Positions 30,917-40,414 of a stretch of DNA of 64,000 nucleotides are shown here, in pieces. How positions within the stretch are numbered: position 1 is the stretch's first letter; each line of letters opens with the position of its first letter. The stretch is from contig CAZUFC010000006.1 of NCBI GenBank assembly GCA_964619725.1, forward strand, positions 1-64,000. The letters run 5' to 3'. Made by a program: the position numbers and the translations under genes. This stretch comes from an uncultured bacterium. GTDB lineage: Bacteria > CSSED10-310 > CAZUFC01. The notes under the pieces are model-generated. The model was not told the origin of the DNA, searched no databases, and was given only the letters and a program-made list of their open reading frames with translations.

Positions 30917-32035
30917 ATGAAGCGCAACGGAAATAAATTTCGTTTGATTGATGTTTTTGCCGGTGCCGGCGGTATGACGTTGGGATTCTCCTCCCGATTC
31001 GGGCATGCCTTCGAACCGGTATGGGCGATTGATTTCGAAAGGCATTGCGTAGAAACATATAAAGCCAATTTTGGTGATCATTGCCTGTGCGGCGATATCG
31101 TCGACATTCTCAACGATCCGTCAATCGTCATACCGGGAGCCGATGCAGTAATCGGAGGGCCGCCCTGTCAGGGATTCAGTCTGTTGAACAAAAAAAGGGA
31201 CAAAGACCCCCGGAAGAGCCTCTGGCGACCTTTTTTAGAGCTTGTCGAAAGGTCCGGAGCAAAAGTGTTCGTGATGGAAAACGTTCCTCAACTGCTGGGT
31301 TCGCAAGAATATGACGATATAGTCGAAACGGCTGGAGAGATGGGTTTCAAAGTATGCGGTGAGGTATTATGCGCAGCGGATTACGGGGTGCCGCAGACTC
31401 GCCGCCGGGCTTTTATACTGGGGTGTAAGCATCTCGATCCCGGATTTGCATTTCCGCCGCCGAGGACGCATTTCAATCCTGGATATGACGGGAAACGAAC
31501 TATACCGGTTTTCGATGATGAAATATACGTACCTGATGCGGAAAGATGGCGAACCGTTCGGGATGCCATAGAGGACTTACCCGGCCCTGAAGGTACGTCC
31601 ATAAGGAAAATTCCGCCGCCGCTGGCTTTGCACTTCGGACGAAATCCTACTGAATTGAGCAAAAAACGATATCGTGCGATCCCGGAGGAGGGCATGAATC
31701 GTTTCGATTTGCAGCGGATCGCTCCTGAGCTGACCCCGGAATGCTGGATAAGAAAAAAAACAGGCGGTACCGATCTGTTTGGTAGGTTGTGGTGGGACCG
31801 TCCTGCATTTACGATTCGCACGGAATTCTTCAAACCGGAAAAAGGGCGCTATCTCCACCCGGAACAGCACCGACCGATAACTCATCGTGAAGCCGCCCGT
31901 CTGCAATCCTTCCCGGATGATTTTATTTTCAAAGGAACGAAGACGGAAATAGCCAGGCAAATAGGAAACGCCGTCCCGCCGCTTCTGGCAGCCCGCATAG
32001 CCGATTCGGTTTGCCGCCTTTTGAACTATGGGTAG
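30917..32035 (+). CDS. dcm: DNA (cytosine-5)-methyltransferase
   Basis: FAGAGG, GGPPCQGFS, ENV, YGVPQTRRR, REAARLQSFPD, QIGNAVPP. Start could be GTG 30872. Confidence 0.93.
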   Translation: MKRNGNKFRLIDVFAGAGGMTLGFSSRFGHAFEPVWAIDFERHCVETYKANFGDHCLCGDIVDILNDPSIVIPGADAVIGGPPCQGFSLLNKKRDKDPRKSLWRPFLELVERSGAKVFVMENVPQLLGSQEYDDIVETAGEMGFKVCGEVLCAADYGVPQTRRRAFILGCKHLDPGFAFPPPRTHFNPGYDGKRTIPVFDDEIYVPDAERWRTVRDAIEDLPGPEGTSIRKIPPPLALHFGRNPTELSKKRYRAIPEEGMNRFDLQRIAPELTPECWIRKKTGGTDLFGRLWWDRPAFTIRTEFFKPEKGRYLHPEQHRPITHREAARLQSFPDDFIFKGTKTEIARQIGNAVPPLLAARIADSVCRLLNYG

Positions 32036-32087
32036 CGCTGTTGATTTTATGTTGCGGAAGAACGAGCGGAGAAGGAGGAATAAAGCC

Positions 32088-32549
32088 TTGTTGAATATCT
32101 TCGTGGACGCAGATGCCTGTCCTGTAAAGAAAGAAGTTTTTCGCGTCGCCGGACGTTATGGACTGAAGGTTATTTTGGCTGCGGCATCCTGGATGAGAAT
32201 ACCGAAGGACCCGCTTATTACGCTTGAGGTTATTGAAGCTGGATTCGACGCGGTTGATGACTGGATTGTGAAGCATGTCGAAGAGGATGATATTGTGGTG
32301 ACGGCCGATATTCTGCTTGCAGATCGCTGTTTAAAGAAGGGGGCTCGCTCCATAGGGACGACCGGGAAACCTTTCACCGAAGACAATATAGGCGCTGCCG
32401 TCGCTATGCGCAATCTTCTGGCGGAATTCCGGAGCGCGGGTGAGATAACGGGCGGACCGTCGCCGATAAAAAAACGGGACAGATCACGTTTTCTGGAAAA
32501 ACTGGATGAAACGGTTCGGTCGATTCGCCGCAAGCATGATATGGAATAG
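32088..32549 (+). CDS. YaiI/YqxD family protein (UPF0178)
   Basis: IFVDADACPVK, DAVDDWI, DIVVTADI.LA; AAGGAGG RBS before TTG 32088. Confidence 0.9.
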   Translation: MLNIFVDADACPVKKEVFRVAGRYGLKVILAAASWMRIPKDPLITLEVIEAGFDAVDDWIVKHVEEDDIVVTADILLADRCLKKGARSIGTTGKPFTEDNIGAAVAMRNLLAEFRSAGEITGGPSPIKKRDRSRFLEKLDETVRSIRRKHDME

Positions 32550-32610
32550 ACTGTAACCGCTGAAGAGCCGCTGTCGATGATATCAGAAAACAAGTCTCAA
32601 GCAGGCGTTT

Positions 32611-33393
32611 TCATTTTTGCATTTTAAGTTTTAAATCTTTTTGAAGGATATTTTTGAATCGTGTTGCGCTGATGGGATGATCAGCCAGAAGCCGGCCTTC
32701 ATAAATCAGGCAAAAAGTCCCGGAAGGCGAAGGCATTATTTGACGCGCTTCAGCCGGGGTTTTCAATTCAACGAGTTCGAGATGAACGCCGTGTTTTTCG
32801 GCCATGGGCGGCAGCTCTCGGACGGCCTTACCGATATAGGGGCATTGACCGGCGTAAAGCAGCTTTAAACCGCTGAAACGGGACAGCCTCTCTTTCCAGT
32901 TTTGAGGAAACGCCGGCGTTTTATAATTTCCCGTCCTTTTAACCAGCAATTGATAGTGCGGTTCTGCTTTATCGACCTGCTCGAAACCTGTTTTGACGAA
33001 AATATCCCCGGAAGCCATCCATGGACCGTCGCTGCTTACTACTGCTACGCCCTTTTTACCGGTCTTTTCAGCATCTTTAAAACAATCTTCCAGTAACACG
33101 GCTGCCAGGCCTTCTGTTTCGAATTTTTTCGATTTCGTCCATATGCAATGGATAATGAAGTAACCGGGTGCCTCAACGACTCGCCAGGAATATTCCGCAG
33201 GAACGTATTCCAAAAAACCAGTGGGCTTTCCTCCGGGATCGACGATTAATTTAATGCGCAGTCCCTCTTCAAAGCGTGTCTTCAACCATTCCGCCTTGGT
33301 CGTGTAACCGGGATGTTTTTTGTTTTTAACGCAGAATAATCCCAGTTTCTCGAAATTGGAAGAATCAACCCTCATTATTTTAAATTCAGCCAT
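32611..33393 (-). CDS. GNAT-fold / YoaP-domain protein
   Basis: K.EWL..RF.EGL, GFLEYVPAEYSWR, IHCIW, QCPY, L..HPIS. Confidence 0.75.
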   Translation of the reverse strand: MAEFKIMRVDSSNFEKLGLFCVKNKKHPGYTTKAEWLKTRFEEGLRIKLIVDPGGKPTGFLEYVPAEYSWRVVEAPGYFIIHCIWTKSKKFETEGLAAVLLEDCFKDAEKTGKKGVAVVSSDGPWMASGDIFVKTGFEQVDKAEPHYQLLVKRTGNYKTPAFPQNWKERLSRFSGLKLLYAGQCPYIGKAVRELPPMAEKHGVHLELVELKTPAEARQIMPSPSGTFCLIYEGRLLADHPISATRFKNILQKDLKLKMQK

Positions 33394-33696
33394 AGTCCTT
33401 CTTCAAGTTAAAAGGAATCATACTCCATCCAAACATTAACTTCAAATTTTCAGCAACTTTGGCGTAAATCAGGATCGCCGAACGTTAAAGGTACAAACGA
33501 TGAAGGTTCCGTCTTTAAAAGGCTTTGAGCCTTGCGTCGCCTGGAGGGCGAAAACCAATACATTGATAAGGATTGGAGGGGCGCTGAACGCAGTAACAGG
33601 CCAATTCCTCTACAGAATAGGGCTCCGCTTGACTGGTTTTTTAATAGTGCAGTAGAAATCCTCCGATATGTGGAATTATGTCCTGCCCAATTATTC

Positions 33697-33862
33697 GGGA
33701 CTGATCAAGCCGGGGTTACAATTCTTTCAAAACTTTTGACAATTTGTGTCGACATCGCAATCGGTATCGGGGTCGGTATCGCAATCGTGATCGAAATCGA
33801 AACAAAATGACAGACGATTCTGTCGCATTGTAACCTCAAAAGAGGCTTTTTTGATCAATGCC
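33697..33862 (+). mobile_element. MITE-like dispersed element
   Basis: Ends GGGACTGATCAA..GGTTACA and TGTAACC..TTGATCAATGCC are imperfect inverted repeats; central (ATCGxx)n tract; similar copies at 38805, 51025 and 16699. Confidence 0.7.
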
Positions 33863-33892
33863 AATTATTCAACTACCAGAGAGGATTTGACT

Positions 33893-33926
33893 GATAATCA
33901 AATCAGTCCCCGTTGATTTGATTATC
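33893..33926. promoter_or_regulatory. Perfect 13-bp inverted repeat, possible operator
   Basis: GATAATCAAATCA-N8-TGATTTGATTATC, ~65 bp upstream of the 33993 start. Confidence 0.4.
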
Positions 33927-33992
33927 CGGGAGGAATAAGTTTAAATGAAAGAGAGTTCTGGCGCTTGAACTTTATCAGGAGATAAACGGCTG

Positions 33993-36155
33993 ATGATCAG
34001 AAAAAGCATCATATTATTTCTCTTTTTGTTGTTGAGTAGACCTGTCGATGTTTTCGCGGAATACGTCATAACGTATATCCGGGATGGGGCATTGTGGGTG
34101 CGGGGCGGAACGGGGGATTCGGTTCGTGTTGTGTGGCAGGATTATTATGGCGGAGACCGCAGCGTAAATTACATATATTTTCAGGGGCCAGACGGCAGCG
34201 TATTGGACAGGATATTCCTGGATTACAATGATCCCGGCGGTGAGGTGATTTACGATTTGAATGAGGGTTTTGGGGATTACCGGATCGAATTTCCAGGATA
34301 TTTTTACAGAATAGCGCAGGTGACGGCTCAAGGGGCTGCTCAGCTTGTTTTCGAGCCGGCATGCGGTCACAGAGCCTATCATCCTAACGGCGTTCCCCTG
34401 TATTTCAACGTTCCGTCGGGATTATTATCTTTTACATTGTGCGGCAAATACAATATCGGCACGACCGGGATCAGGCTTTACCGTCCTGACGGCGAGTATT
34501 ACGACACGTTGATGCTTGTCGATGATCCGGCGACGCTGTATTTCGACAGGATGGAAGTGAATGATCCGGAGGCTGGAACCTGGCGGATTGAATTTGAAGG
34601 CGACGGAAAAGTCGGGTTCTGGCTTGACGGAGCGCCGAATTATTTTGCGCCGGCGGCGGAAAGTTTGTTTGAGCCTGAACCGTCGCCGGGAACCGCGGTT
34701 TTTGAGGGCGAAGGAGAAACCGGAGAAATGGGACTAATCGGAGCGTCTCTCGTCAACCTCGGTTATCCCGATGAAATATTTGAGAACATCGAGTATATGG
34801 GCCTGGAAACATTTAACTACTACAACAACATATACTGGCGAGAACCTTACAATCCCTCATTTCCTTTCGGCGGAGACAATGATGATCCGCATCTGTTCGA
34901 CTGGTCCTGGTATGTCTGGGACGATGCACGCATTTCCTGGTACCGGGAGGACCTGGGAGCGCAGATCAGCAGCCTGTTCGATGCGAAAGAGAGTTGGCTG
35001 GGCCCGCCGTTAGAGTCCTGGCAGCAGGAGGAATTCGCAGAGTTTGCGCTGGCTTATCTCATTCACGCCAATGCAGACCAGCAATATGGGATGAAATGGT
35101 TTTCTCCCTGGGACGAACCCAATCTCAGCGTTTTCACTTATGAAGAATATGAAGCGCTCTTGTTGGAAATGGCCGGAAGAATCAAAGACCCGGCGAATCC
35201 TCCTGAAGTGATTAATACTCCATTAATGGCCGTCAGCAGTTCGGGATGGGAAAATTGCAATACCGGTCCGGAAAGGATAGGACGGCTCTGGGCGGAAAAC
35301 CTCTATTTCAATTATGATCACCTGGTGGACGGCATAGCCTTCGATCACTGGGAGTTTCGCGACCTGATCGAATCCTGGCGTTTCGGCAATTCCGTGAACA
35401 TCGCGGCTGACATCATCAGAGCCAACGACACGGACGGCGACGCGGACGAAGAAATCGTCATCAATCAAACCAGCATGAGTTCCGGGAGCGGCTCCAGCGC
35501 CTATGACGTAAATTCTCATTTCAGCGCTTTATGGCTTACGGGTGCGATCTGCAGTGCCTTCAGCAAAGCAGAACTGGATGCATTTCATTATTTCACGACC
35601 GTAGACGACAACCGGCATATGAAAGGTCTGATGTATTCAGAGAATCCGCCTGAACCCCTGCCCTATCGACCGCAGGCCCAACCTTACCAGTTGAAACCCA
35701 TGGGGCATGCCATGGCCATGATAAATGAAGCAGTTCTAGATGAAATACTCATTACGGAATCGGATTCAGTGGAAGTCAATGCCCTGCTTACGACCGATGA
35801 AACAAATACTTCCGCCGCGCTCATAGCCGTCAACAAATTTCCGCGTATCAATCTGCTCATTCTCGACGCTGTATTACCAGCGGAAATGAAGAACAAATGT
35901 TATAAGGTTACCGGAGAATGCCTGGGGCCTCAGGATGAATCCCCCGAACCTCTGCAGGATTCATTGGCAATCTGCGCTGACGATACGCTCCATTTTGAAT
36001 ATGAACTCAATCCGGAAACAGTTTACGCGTTCAGGTTTTCAATTTTTACGCCAGAATTGCCGGCAATGCGAAAAGAAGCGGCCATTCCGGTCATTATATG
36101 TTTTTCCATTGGAATAAGGACGTTCTGTCGGCGGCGAAAGACGATCAAGCCATAA
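33993..36155 (+). CDS. Secreted clan GH-A (GH39-like) TIM-barrel protein with possible IPTL-CTERM-like tail
   Basis: Signal peptide; FSPWDEPN resembles the WNEP acid/base motif; DGIAFDHW; ends LPAM + hydrophobic stretch + RRRK. Confidence 0.55.
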   Translation: MIRKSIILFLFLLLSRPVDVFAEYVITYIRDGALWVRGGTGDSVRVVWQDYYGGDRSVNYIYFQGPDGSVLDRIFLDYNDPGGEVIYDLNEGFGDYRIEFPGYFYRIAQVTAQGAAQLVFEPACGHRAYHPNGVPLYFNVPSGLLSFTLCGKYNIGTTGIRLYRPDGEYYDTLMLVDDPATLYFDRMEVNDPEAGTWRIEFEGDGKVGFWLDGAPNYFAPAAESLFEPEPSPGTAVFEGEGETGEMGLIGASLVNLGYPDEIFENIEYMGLETFNYYNNIYWREPYNPSFPFGGDNDDPHLFDWSWYVWDDARISWYREDLGAQISSLFDAKESWLGPPLESWQQEEFAEFALAYLIHANADQQYGMKWFSPWDEPNLSVFTYEEYEALLLEMAGRIKDPANPPEVINTPLMAVSSSGWENCNTGPERIGRLWAENLYFNYDHLVDGIAFDHWEFRDLIESWRFGNSVNIAADIIRANDTDGDADEEIVINQTSMSSGSGSSAYDVNSHFSALWLTGAICSAFSKAELDAFHYFTTVDDNRHMKGLMYSENPPEPLPYRPQAQPYQLKPMGHAMAMINEAVLDEILITESDSVEVNALLTTDETNTSAALIAVNKFPRINLLILDAVLPAEMKNKCYKVTGECLGPQDESPEPLQDSLAICADDTLHFEYELNPETVYAFRFSIFTPELPAMRKEAAIPVIICFSIGIRTFCRRRKTIKP

Positions 36156-36276
36156 TACATTAAGAAATAAGGAAAAAGTAACGGAAAAACAAAGATTTTC
36201 ATATCTGCTTAATCAAAGGCCGGCCGACTTTTTGACCGCACTTTTCAGACAAGTTTAAACATTGAAAACGACTATT

Positions 36277-36324
36277 TCCTTATCCGTATTCACTCAATCC
36301 TTATCCGTATTCACTCAATCCTTA
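36277..36324. repeat. 21-bp tandem duplication
   Basis: TCCTTATCCGTATTCACTCAA twice plus partial TCCTTA, followed by TTGACA at 36327. Confidence 0.9.
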
Positions 36325-36483
36325 ATTTGACATTTCAATCCATTCGATTAAAAAGAAAAGAGTCGGTGAAAAGTATCCCGGCGATTATTGTTCTGCCTTT
36401 ATTGCGTTGAAGGTATGAAAAGCGGGATTTATTGGCCTGTATTCAAATGATTTTCTGGAAATTTTAATGAAAGGATTCAAAGA

Positions 36484-38766
36484 ATGAAACGATCTATTTT
36501 ATTTATCTGTGCGGCAGCAGCGCTGGCCTTTATTTCTGATGTGAGGGGCGCCGTGCCTCGTCAGATAAGTTATCAGGGTCATTTAACCGATTCGGTGAGC
36601 GGCGAGCCTCTGGACGGAACGTTCAATTTTCATTTTTCATTGTATGATGCGGATATCGGCGGGACGCTGTTGTGGAGTGAGACGCAGCCTGATGTCGATG
36701 TCGATCAGGGCGTATTTCATGTTATTTTAGGCGCTTCCGTGCCGTTTCCTTCGGAATTGCATTTTGACGAGACGTATTGGCTTGAGATAGGCATAGACGA
36801 CGGCGCGAATCCCGTGGAAATTTTAGAGCCGAGGCAACAACTGACCAGCGCGGGTCAGGCTTTGGAAGCTGCCGACGTTTATGACCAGGATATTCATCCG
36901 CGAAGCCTGGGTATAACGGGATATGAAAAAGGTATGGTAATAAATGAATACGGCGAATGGACAGGACCGCCGACAGGATTGACGGGTCCTACCGGTCCTG
37001 CAGGTCCGCAAGGCGATACAGGTCTCATAGGTCCTCAAGGATACACGGGACCCATCGGCCCGCAGGGGCAAACCGGTCCGACAGGTCCCCAGGGCGATAC
37101 AGGTGCAGCGGGAGCTGATGGCGAAACTGGTCCTGTCGGTCCGCAAGGGGATACAGGATTCATCGGTCCCCAAGGGTTCACTGGTCCTGCCGGTCCTCAA
37201 GGCGACACGGGTTACGTCGGCCCCCAGGGCGAAACCGGTCCCACCGGCCCTCAAGGTCAAACCGGTCCCGCCGGTCCTCAGGGCGATACCGGACCGACAG
37301 GCGCCGTCGGCGACACTGGCCCTGTCGGTCCACGAGGGGACACGGGGCAAACAGGCCCTCATGGCGAAACCGGCCCCACCGGCCCTCAAGGTCAAACCGG
37401 TCCCGTCGGTCCTCAAGGCGACACGGGGCCTGTCGGCGGTAATGACGGGCAGTTAATTTATAACGACGCCGGCAACGCCGCCGGAGCCGAAATATACTAC
37501 GACAAGACGACCGGATATGTGGGAGTGGGAACGACTAATCCTCTTGAGCTTTTGCATGTTGGCGGTTCGATAGAGGCTGCCGGGCGTCTGACTTTATTGG
37601 AAGGCGGTTTCAGCAATCCGTCCGTCCGTTTCGTCGATGCAACCGACGGCACAGGCGGAGTCGTCGGAATGAGCGATTCGGATAATGCGCTTCGACTGGA
37701 AGGGGGCAGCGACACGACGAACGGGGCCTGGATCAGTCTTTACGGATCGGAAGTCGTCACTCCTGCAGATATGGCGGGCGGCATACTTTTCAACGGAACG
37801 GAAGAAGACAGTAAATTTGTTTTCCGGATGAACGGCGATACGGACGATTACCTTCAATTTTCAGTCGAGAGCGGATTGCCGCACATCAGGGCGATCGGAC
37901 TGGGGACCTCATCATCGCACCGTTTGACTTTCGGATTTGATGTTCACGAAGCCTTCATGGGTTTGAGACCGACTTCAACCGACGGCATCCAGCTTAGATT
38001 AGGGACTGCAGAGGACGGCATAACCGGCGGCAGCTCCTGTGCCTTAATGCTGTGGGCGCACGGCGACGAAAGTACGACCCGACCAGGAGAAGTGGATATC
38101 TACGGCAGCGGCGTTCCGGTAAACATCATCGCAAACGGCGATCAGAGCGATTATTTCCAGTTCAGGCAGGACAGTGAAGGATTGCCCAGCATAAAGGTGC
38201 ATTCTCACACCAGCGCAGAACAAATGTCGATTGAATCCGTCAGCGGAAGCATGTACCTGAAATTAAAATCCGCCGCGCCGACAGGATTCGCTTCCATTTC
38301 ATTCTGGGACGGCGACGGCAATACCTCAAGCATAGGACAGAATTCTGTCGATTCAATGTATGTTAACTCTTTCAGCAATATAATAATCAAAACAAACGGC
38401 GGAACCGACCGCTGGCTGTTTGAGACCGACGGAGATTTTATCCCTTATCTGAACAGGGAATACGACATAGGATCGTCTGGTGCGCGCGTCGACAATATAT
38501 ATTGCGATGAAATATACGCCAATACCTGCTGCGATTATGTTTTCGATGACGATTACGAACTGAGGAGCCTGGCGGAAGTGAAAGAACACATCCTGTCGAA
38601 TGGAAGACTACCGGAAATCGACGATGATGTGTCGATAAACGATTTGCTGAAAAAGGTTGAAGAACTGACTCTTTATACTTTGCAGCAGAGTGAGAAAATA
38701 GATGAACTGGTACGGGACAGGGATGAATTGAGGTTGCGGATTAGAGAGCTTGAAAGACGGATGTGA
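36484..38766 (+). CDS. Secreted collagen-like / fibre-like trimeric protein
   Basis: Signal peptide; [10 protein letters not shown]...LWSE N-domain; 51 uninterrupted G-X-Y triplets (36976-37434); [11 protein letters not shown]-terminal DYVF..Y.L..L...[11 protein letters not shown] coiled-coil/chaperone-like tail. Confidence 0.85.
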   Translation: MKRSILFICAAAALAFISDVRGAVPRQISYQGHLTDSVSGEPLDGTFNFHFSLYDADIGGTLLWSETQPDVDVDQGVFHVILGASVPFPSELHFDETYWLEIGIDDGANPVEILEPRQQLTSAGQALEAADVYDQDIHPRSLGITGYEKGMVINEYGEWTGPPTGLTGPTGPAGPQGDTGLIGPQGYTGPIGPQGQTGPTGPQGDTGAAGADGETGPVGPQGDTGFIGPQGFTGPAGPQGDTGYVGPQGETGPTGPQGQTGPAGPQGDTGPTGAVGDTGPVGPRGDTGQTGPHGETGPTGPQGQTGPVGPQGDTGPVGGNDGQLIYNDAGNAAGAEIYYDKTTGYVGVGTTNPLELLHVGGSIEAAGRLTLLEGGFSNPSVRFVDATDGTGGVVGMSDSDNALRLEGGSDTTNGAWISLYGSEVVTPADMAGGILFNGTEEDSKFVFRMNGDTDDYLQFSVESGLPHIRAIGLGTSSSHRLTFGFDVHEAFMGLRPTSTDGIQLRLGTAEDGITGGSSCALMLWAHGDESTTRPGEVDIYGSGVPVNIIANGDQSDYFQFRQDSEGLPSIKVHSHTSAEQMSIESVSGSMYLKLKSAAPTGFASISFWDGDGNTSSIGQNSVDSMYVNSFSNIIIKTNGGTDRWLFETDGDFIPYLNREYDIGSSGARVDNIYCDEIYANTCCDYVFDDDYELRSLAEVKEHILSNGRLPEIDDDVSINDLLKKVEELTLYTLQQSEKIDELVRDRDELRLRIRELERRM

Positions 38767-38804
38767 AAAGCCGTTCAGGGATGACGACATAATTAATCTT
38801 TAAT

Positions 38805-38965
38805 GGAACCGATCAACCCGGCGTTACGCTTTTTTCAAAATTTTCGTCAGTTTGTTTCAGTAATCGGGATCGGGATTTGTATCTGGATAGCAATCGCAAT
38901 CGAAACAAAATGCTGGGATATTCTGAAAAAGTGTAACCTCAAAAGACGCAGTTTTGATGAATGCC
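38805..38965 (+). mobile_element. MITE-like dispersed element
   Basis: GGAACCGATCAACCCGGCGTTAC...(ATCGxx)n...TGTAACCTCAAAAGA...TTGATGAATGCC, collinear with 33697-33862. Confidence 0.7.
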
Positions 38966-39057
38966 GAGAATTTTGTTAGAATGAATATCGTGAATCGACT
39001 TTTGTCCCGGAAGGCAATGCCGAGAATTCACGAATCAGCCGTTATTGGGGCAGGAAA

Positions 39058-39258
39058 ATGATGGAAGAGAAAATGCGGAAAGACAGGTTGGATGTAGTTG
39101 ATCTGAAGGACGCTGACGGTTCTGATTACTGGCTCGAAAGGCCTCCTATTGAAAGAATAGAGGCGATTGAGTTTATGAGAAGGGTTATGTACGGTCATGA
39201 TCGAGTTTCCCGAAGACTTCAGAGAGTTCTTACAGTTGTTGAACTCAAAAGAAATTGA
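39058..39258 (+). CDS. Small protein coupled to a nucleotidyltransferase (putative antitoxin/partner)
   Basis: 66 aa with YWL.RPP.ERIEA.E.MR..YG...RLQRV, a pattern seen upstream of such NTases; overlaps the next gene by 62 nt. Confidence 0.65.
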   Translation: MMEEKMRKDRLDVVDLKDADGSDYWLERPPIERIEAIEFMRRVMYGHDRVSRRLQRVLTVVELKRN

Positions 39259-39661
39259 ATATCTGGTCATCGGAGGATATGCCGTCGGATATCACGGATA
39301 CCCGCGATCTACCGGCGACCTGGATATCTGGACCGCCGTGAGCGACTCGAATGCCGGAAAATTGGTTAAGGCGTTAAAAGAATTCGGATTCAGCGTCCCG
39401 GAACTCCGAAAGGAATTGTTTTTGGAGGAACGAAAAATAATAAGAATGGGTATACCGCCTATGCGCCTGGAAATCGTCACGGGTATAGACGGGATAACCT
39501 TTGAACAAAGTTATAAAAATCGGGTAATTGCGGATTTCGGAACTTTTAAGGTAAATTTTATTTCAAAGCCGGATTTGATGAAAAATAAGCGTGCGAGCGG
39601 CCGTCCCCAGGACCTTGTCGATTATGAGAAGCTGAGGGGTAAAGGAAAGAAATCGTCGTAA
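39197..39661 (+). CDS. Minimal nucleotidyltransferase (Pol-beta superfamily), putative TA component
   Basis: YLVIGGYAV..HG.PR.T.DLD and K.ASGRPQD..D motifs. Confidence 0.85.
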   Translation: MIEFPEDFREFLQLLNSKEIEYLVIGGYAVGYHGYPRSTGDLDIWTAVSDSNAGKLVKALKEFGFSVPELRKELFLEERKIIRMGIPPMRLEIVTGIDGITFEQSYKNRVIADFGTFKVNFISKPDLMKNKRASGRPQDLVDYEKLRGKGKKSS

Positions 39662-39752
39662 AGTTATTCAAGTTCAGGCGGTGATAAAAATATCCGGTTA
39701 TTTGAAAACAAAGACAGAGAATTATCAACCACGGATTCAATTCACCCATTTC

Positions 39753-40015
39753 TTATTCAGCAAAGACCTCAATGCGGAAGGAATAGCCCAATCTTCTGAG
39801 GAACCTCTCATAATCTTCCCAGGTTAACCCGAAGGCTTTCACATCAGCAACGCCGGACGACTTACGATATCGCGGATAGTCTCATAATTTTCGTCAGCGA
39901 ATTCTCCCTCCATCATAGCCTGCTCCGCCCAGTCAGTTAATTCGGAAATGGATAATTCATGGCGTAAATACCCCGTCAGCATGTCCGCCAGACTACGTGA
40001 CGTTATCTTTTTCAT
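39753..40015 (-). pseudogene. Small conserved-type hypothetical gene with a 1-nt frameshift
   Basis: MKKITSRSLADMLTGYLRHELSISELTDWAEQAMMEGEF...IRDIVSR continues in another frame as GVADVKAFGLTWEDYERFLRRLGY...; span is 263 nt (3n-1), break near 39856; AAGGAG RBS. Confidence 0.7.
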
Positions 40016-40239
40016 CATTTCTCCTTGTTTATGCGCTTATGTCCCTTGTCTTCGGGATATTTCTGATGAAATTCGACTAATTCGCCATGATCGTCGTAAA
40101 TTTCCTGAAGGAAACGCACAGTCCGCTCATCTTCATCGACTTCTTTAACATAACGCTCTGTTCAATGCAAACGACCTTTTACATCATACCAGTAGCTTCT
40201 TCCCCCCTCAGGCAACTCAATCCAATGATCAAATTTCAC
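40015..40239 (-). pseudogene. Small hypothetical gene with an internal TGA and probably a missing 5' end
   Basis: KFDHWIELPEGGRSYWYDVKGRLH*TERYVKEVDEDERTVRFLQEIYDDHGELVEFHQKYPEDKGH; in-frame TGA at 40162-40164; its stop overlaps the ATG of the next pseudogene. Confidence 0.65.
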
Positions 40240-40414
40240 ATCTCCTGATATCGACTGACAAAAAATTGTGATATGAAATTGAAATCCCCGTCACACTTTG
40301 TTGTTTTTATCATCTTAGACAATTGAAGGTTGCTTTACTCGTTGATGGCGATAAAAAGAATTTTTCTCTTTTTTATCCCCTTGATATCATGTAAAAAAGG
40401 AGAGGAGGTTAGTG

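Noticed and set aside
33532-33810. 92-aa ORF ending IAIGIGVGIAIVIEIETK
   Set aside because: The apparent TM segment is just the translation of the hexamer tract of the dispersed element.
33697-33862. Dispersed element as an integron attC site
   Set aside because: The core is GTTAC...GTAAC, the inverse order of RYYYAAC...GTTRRRY; copies occur in both orientations; no integrase present.
36484-38766. Prophage tail-fibre gene
   Set aside because: Has a Sec signal peptide, and there are no phage structural, integrase or replication genes in the window.
38960-39028. 13-bp direct repeat AATGCCGAGAATT at 38960 and 39016
   Set aside because: Both copies lie on the same side of the element, so it is not a target-site duplication; significance unclear.
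16313-40164. Genetic-code reassignment suggested by the in-frame TAG (16313) and TGA (40162)
   Set aside because: Conserved genes end normally in TAG (nadK) and TGA (recN, smpB, rocD), and both affected loci show other signs of decay.
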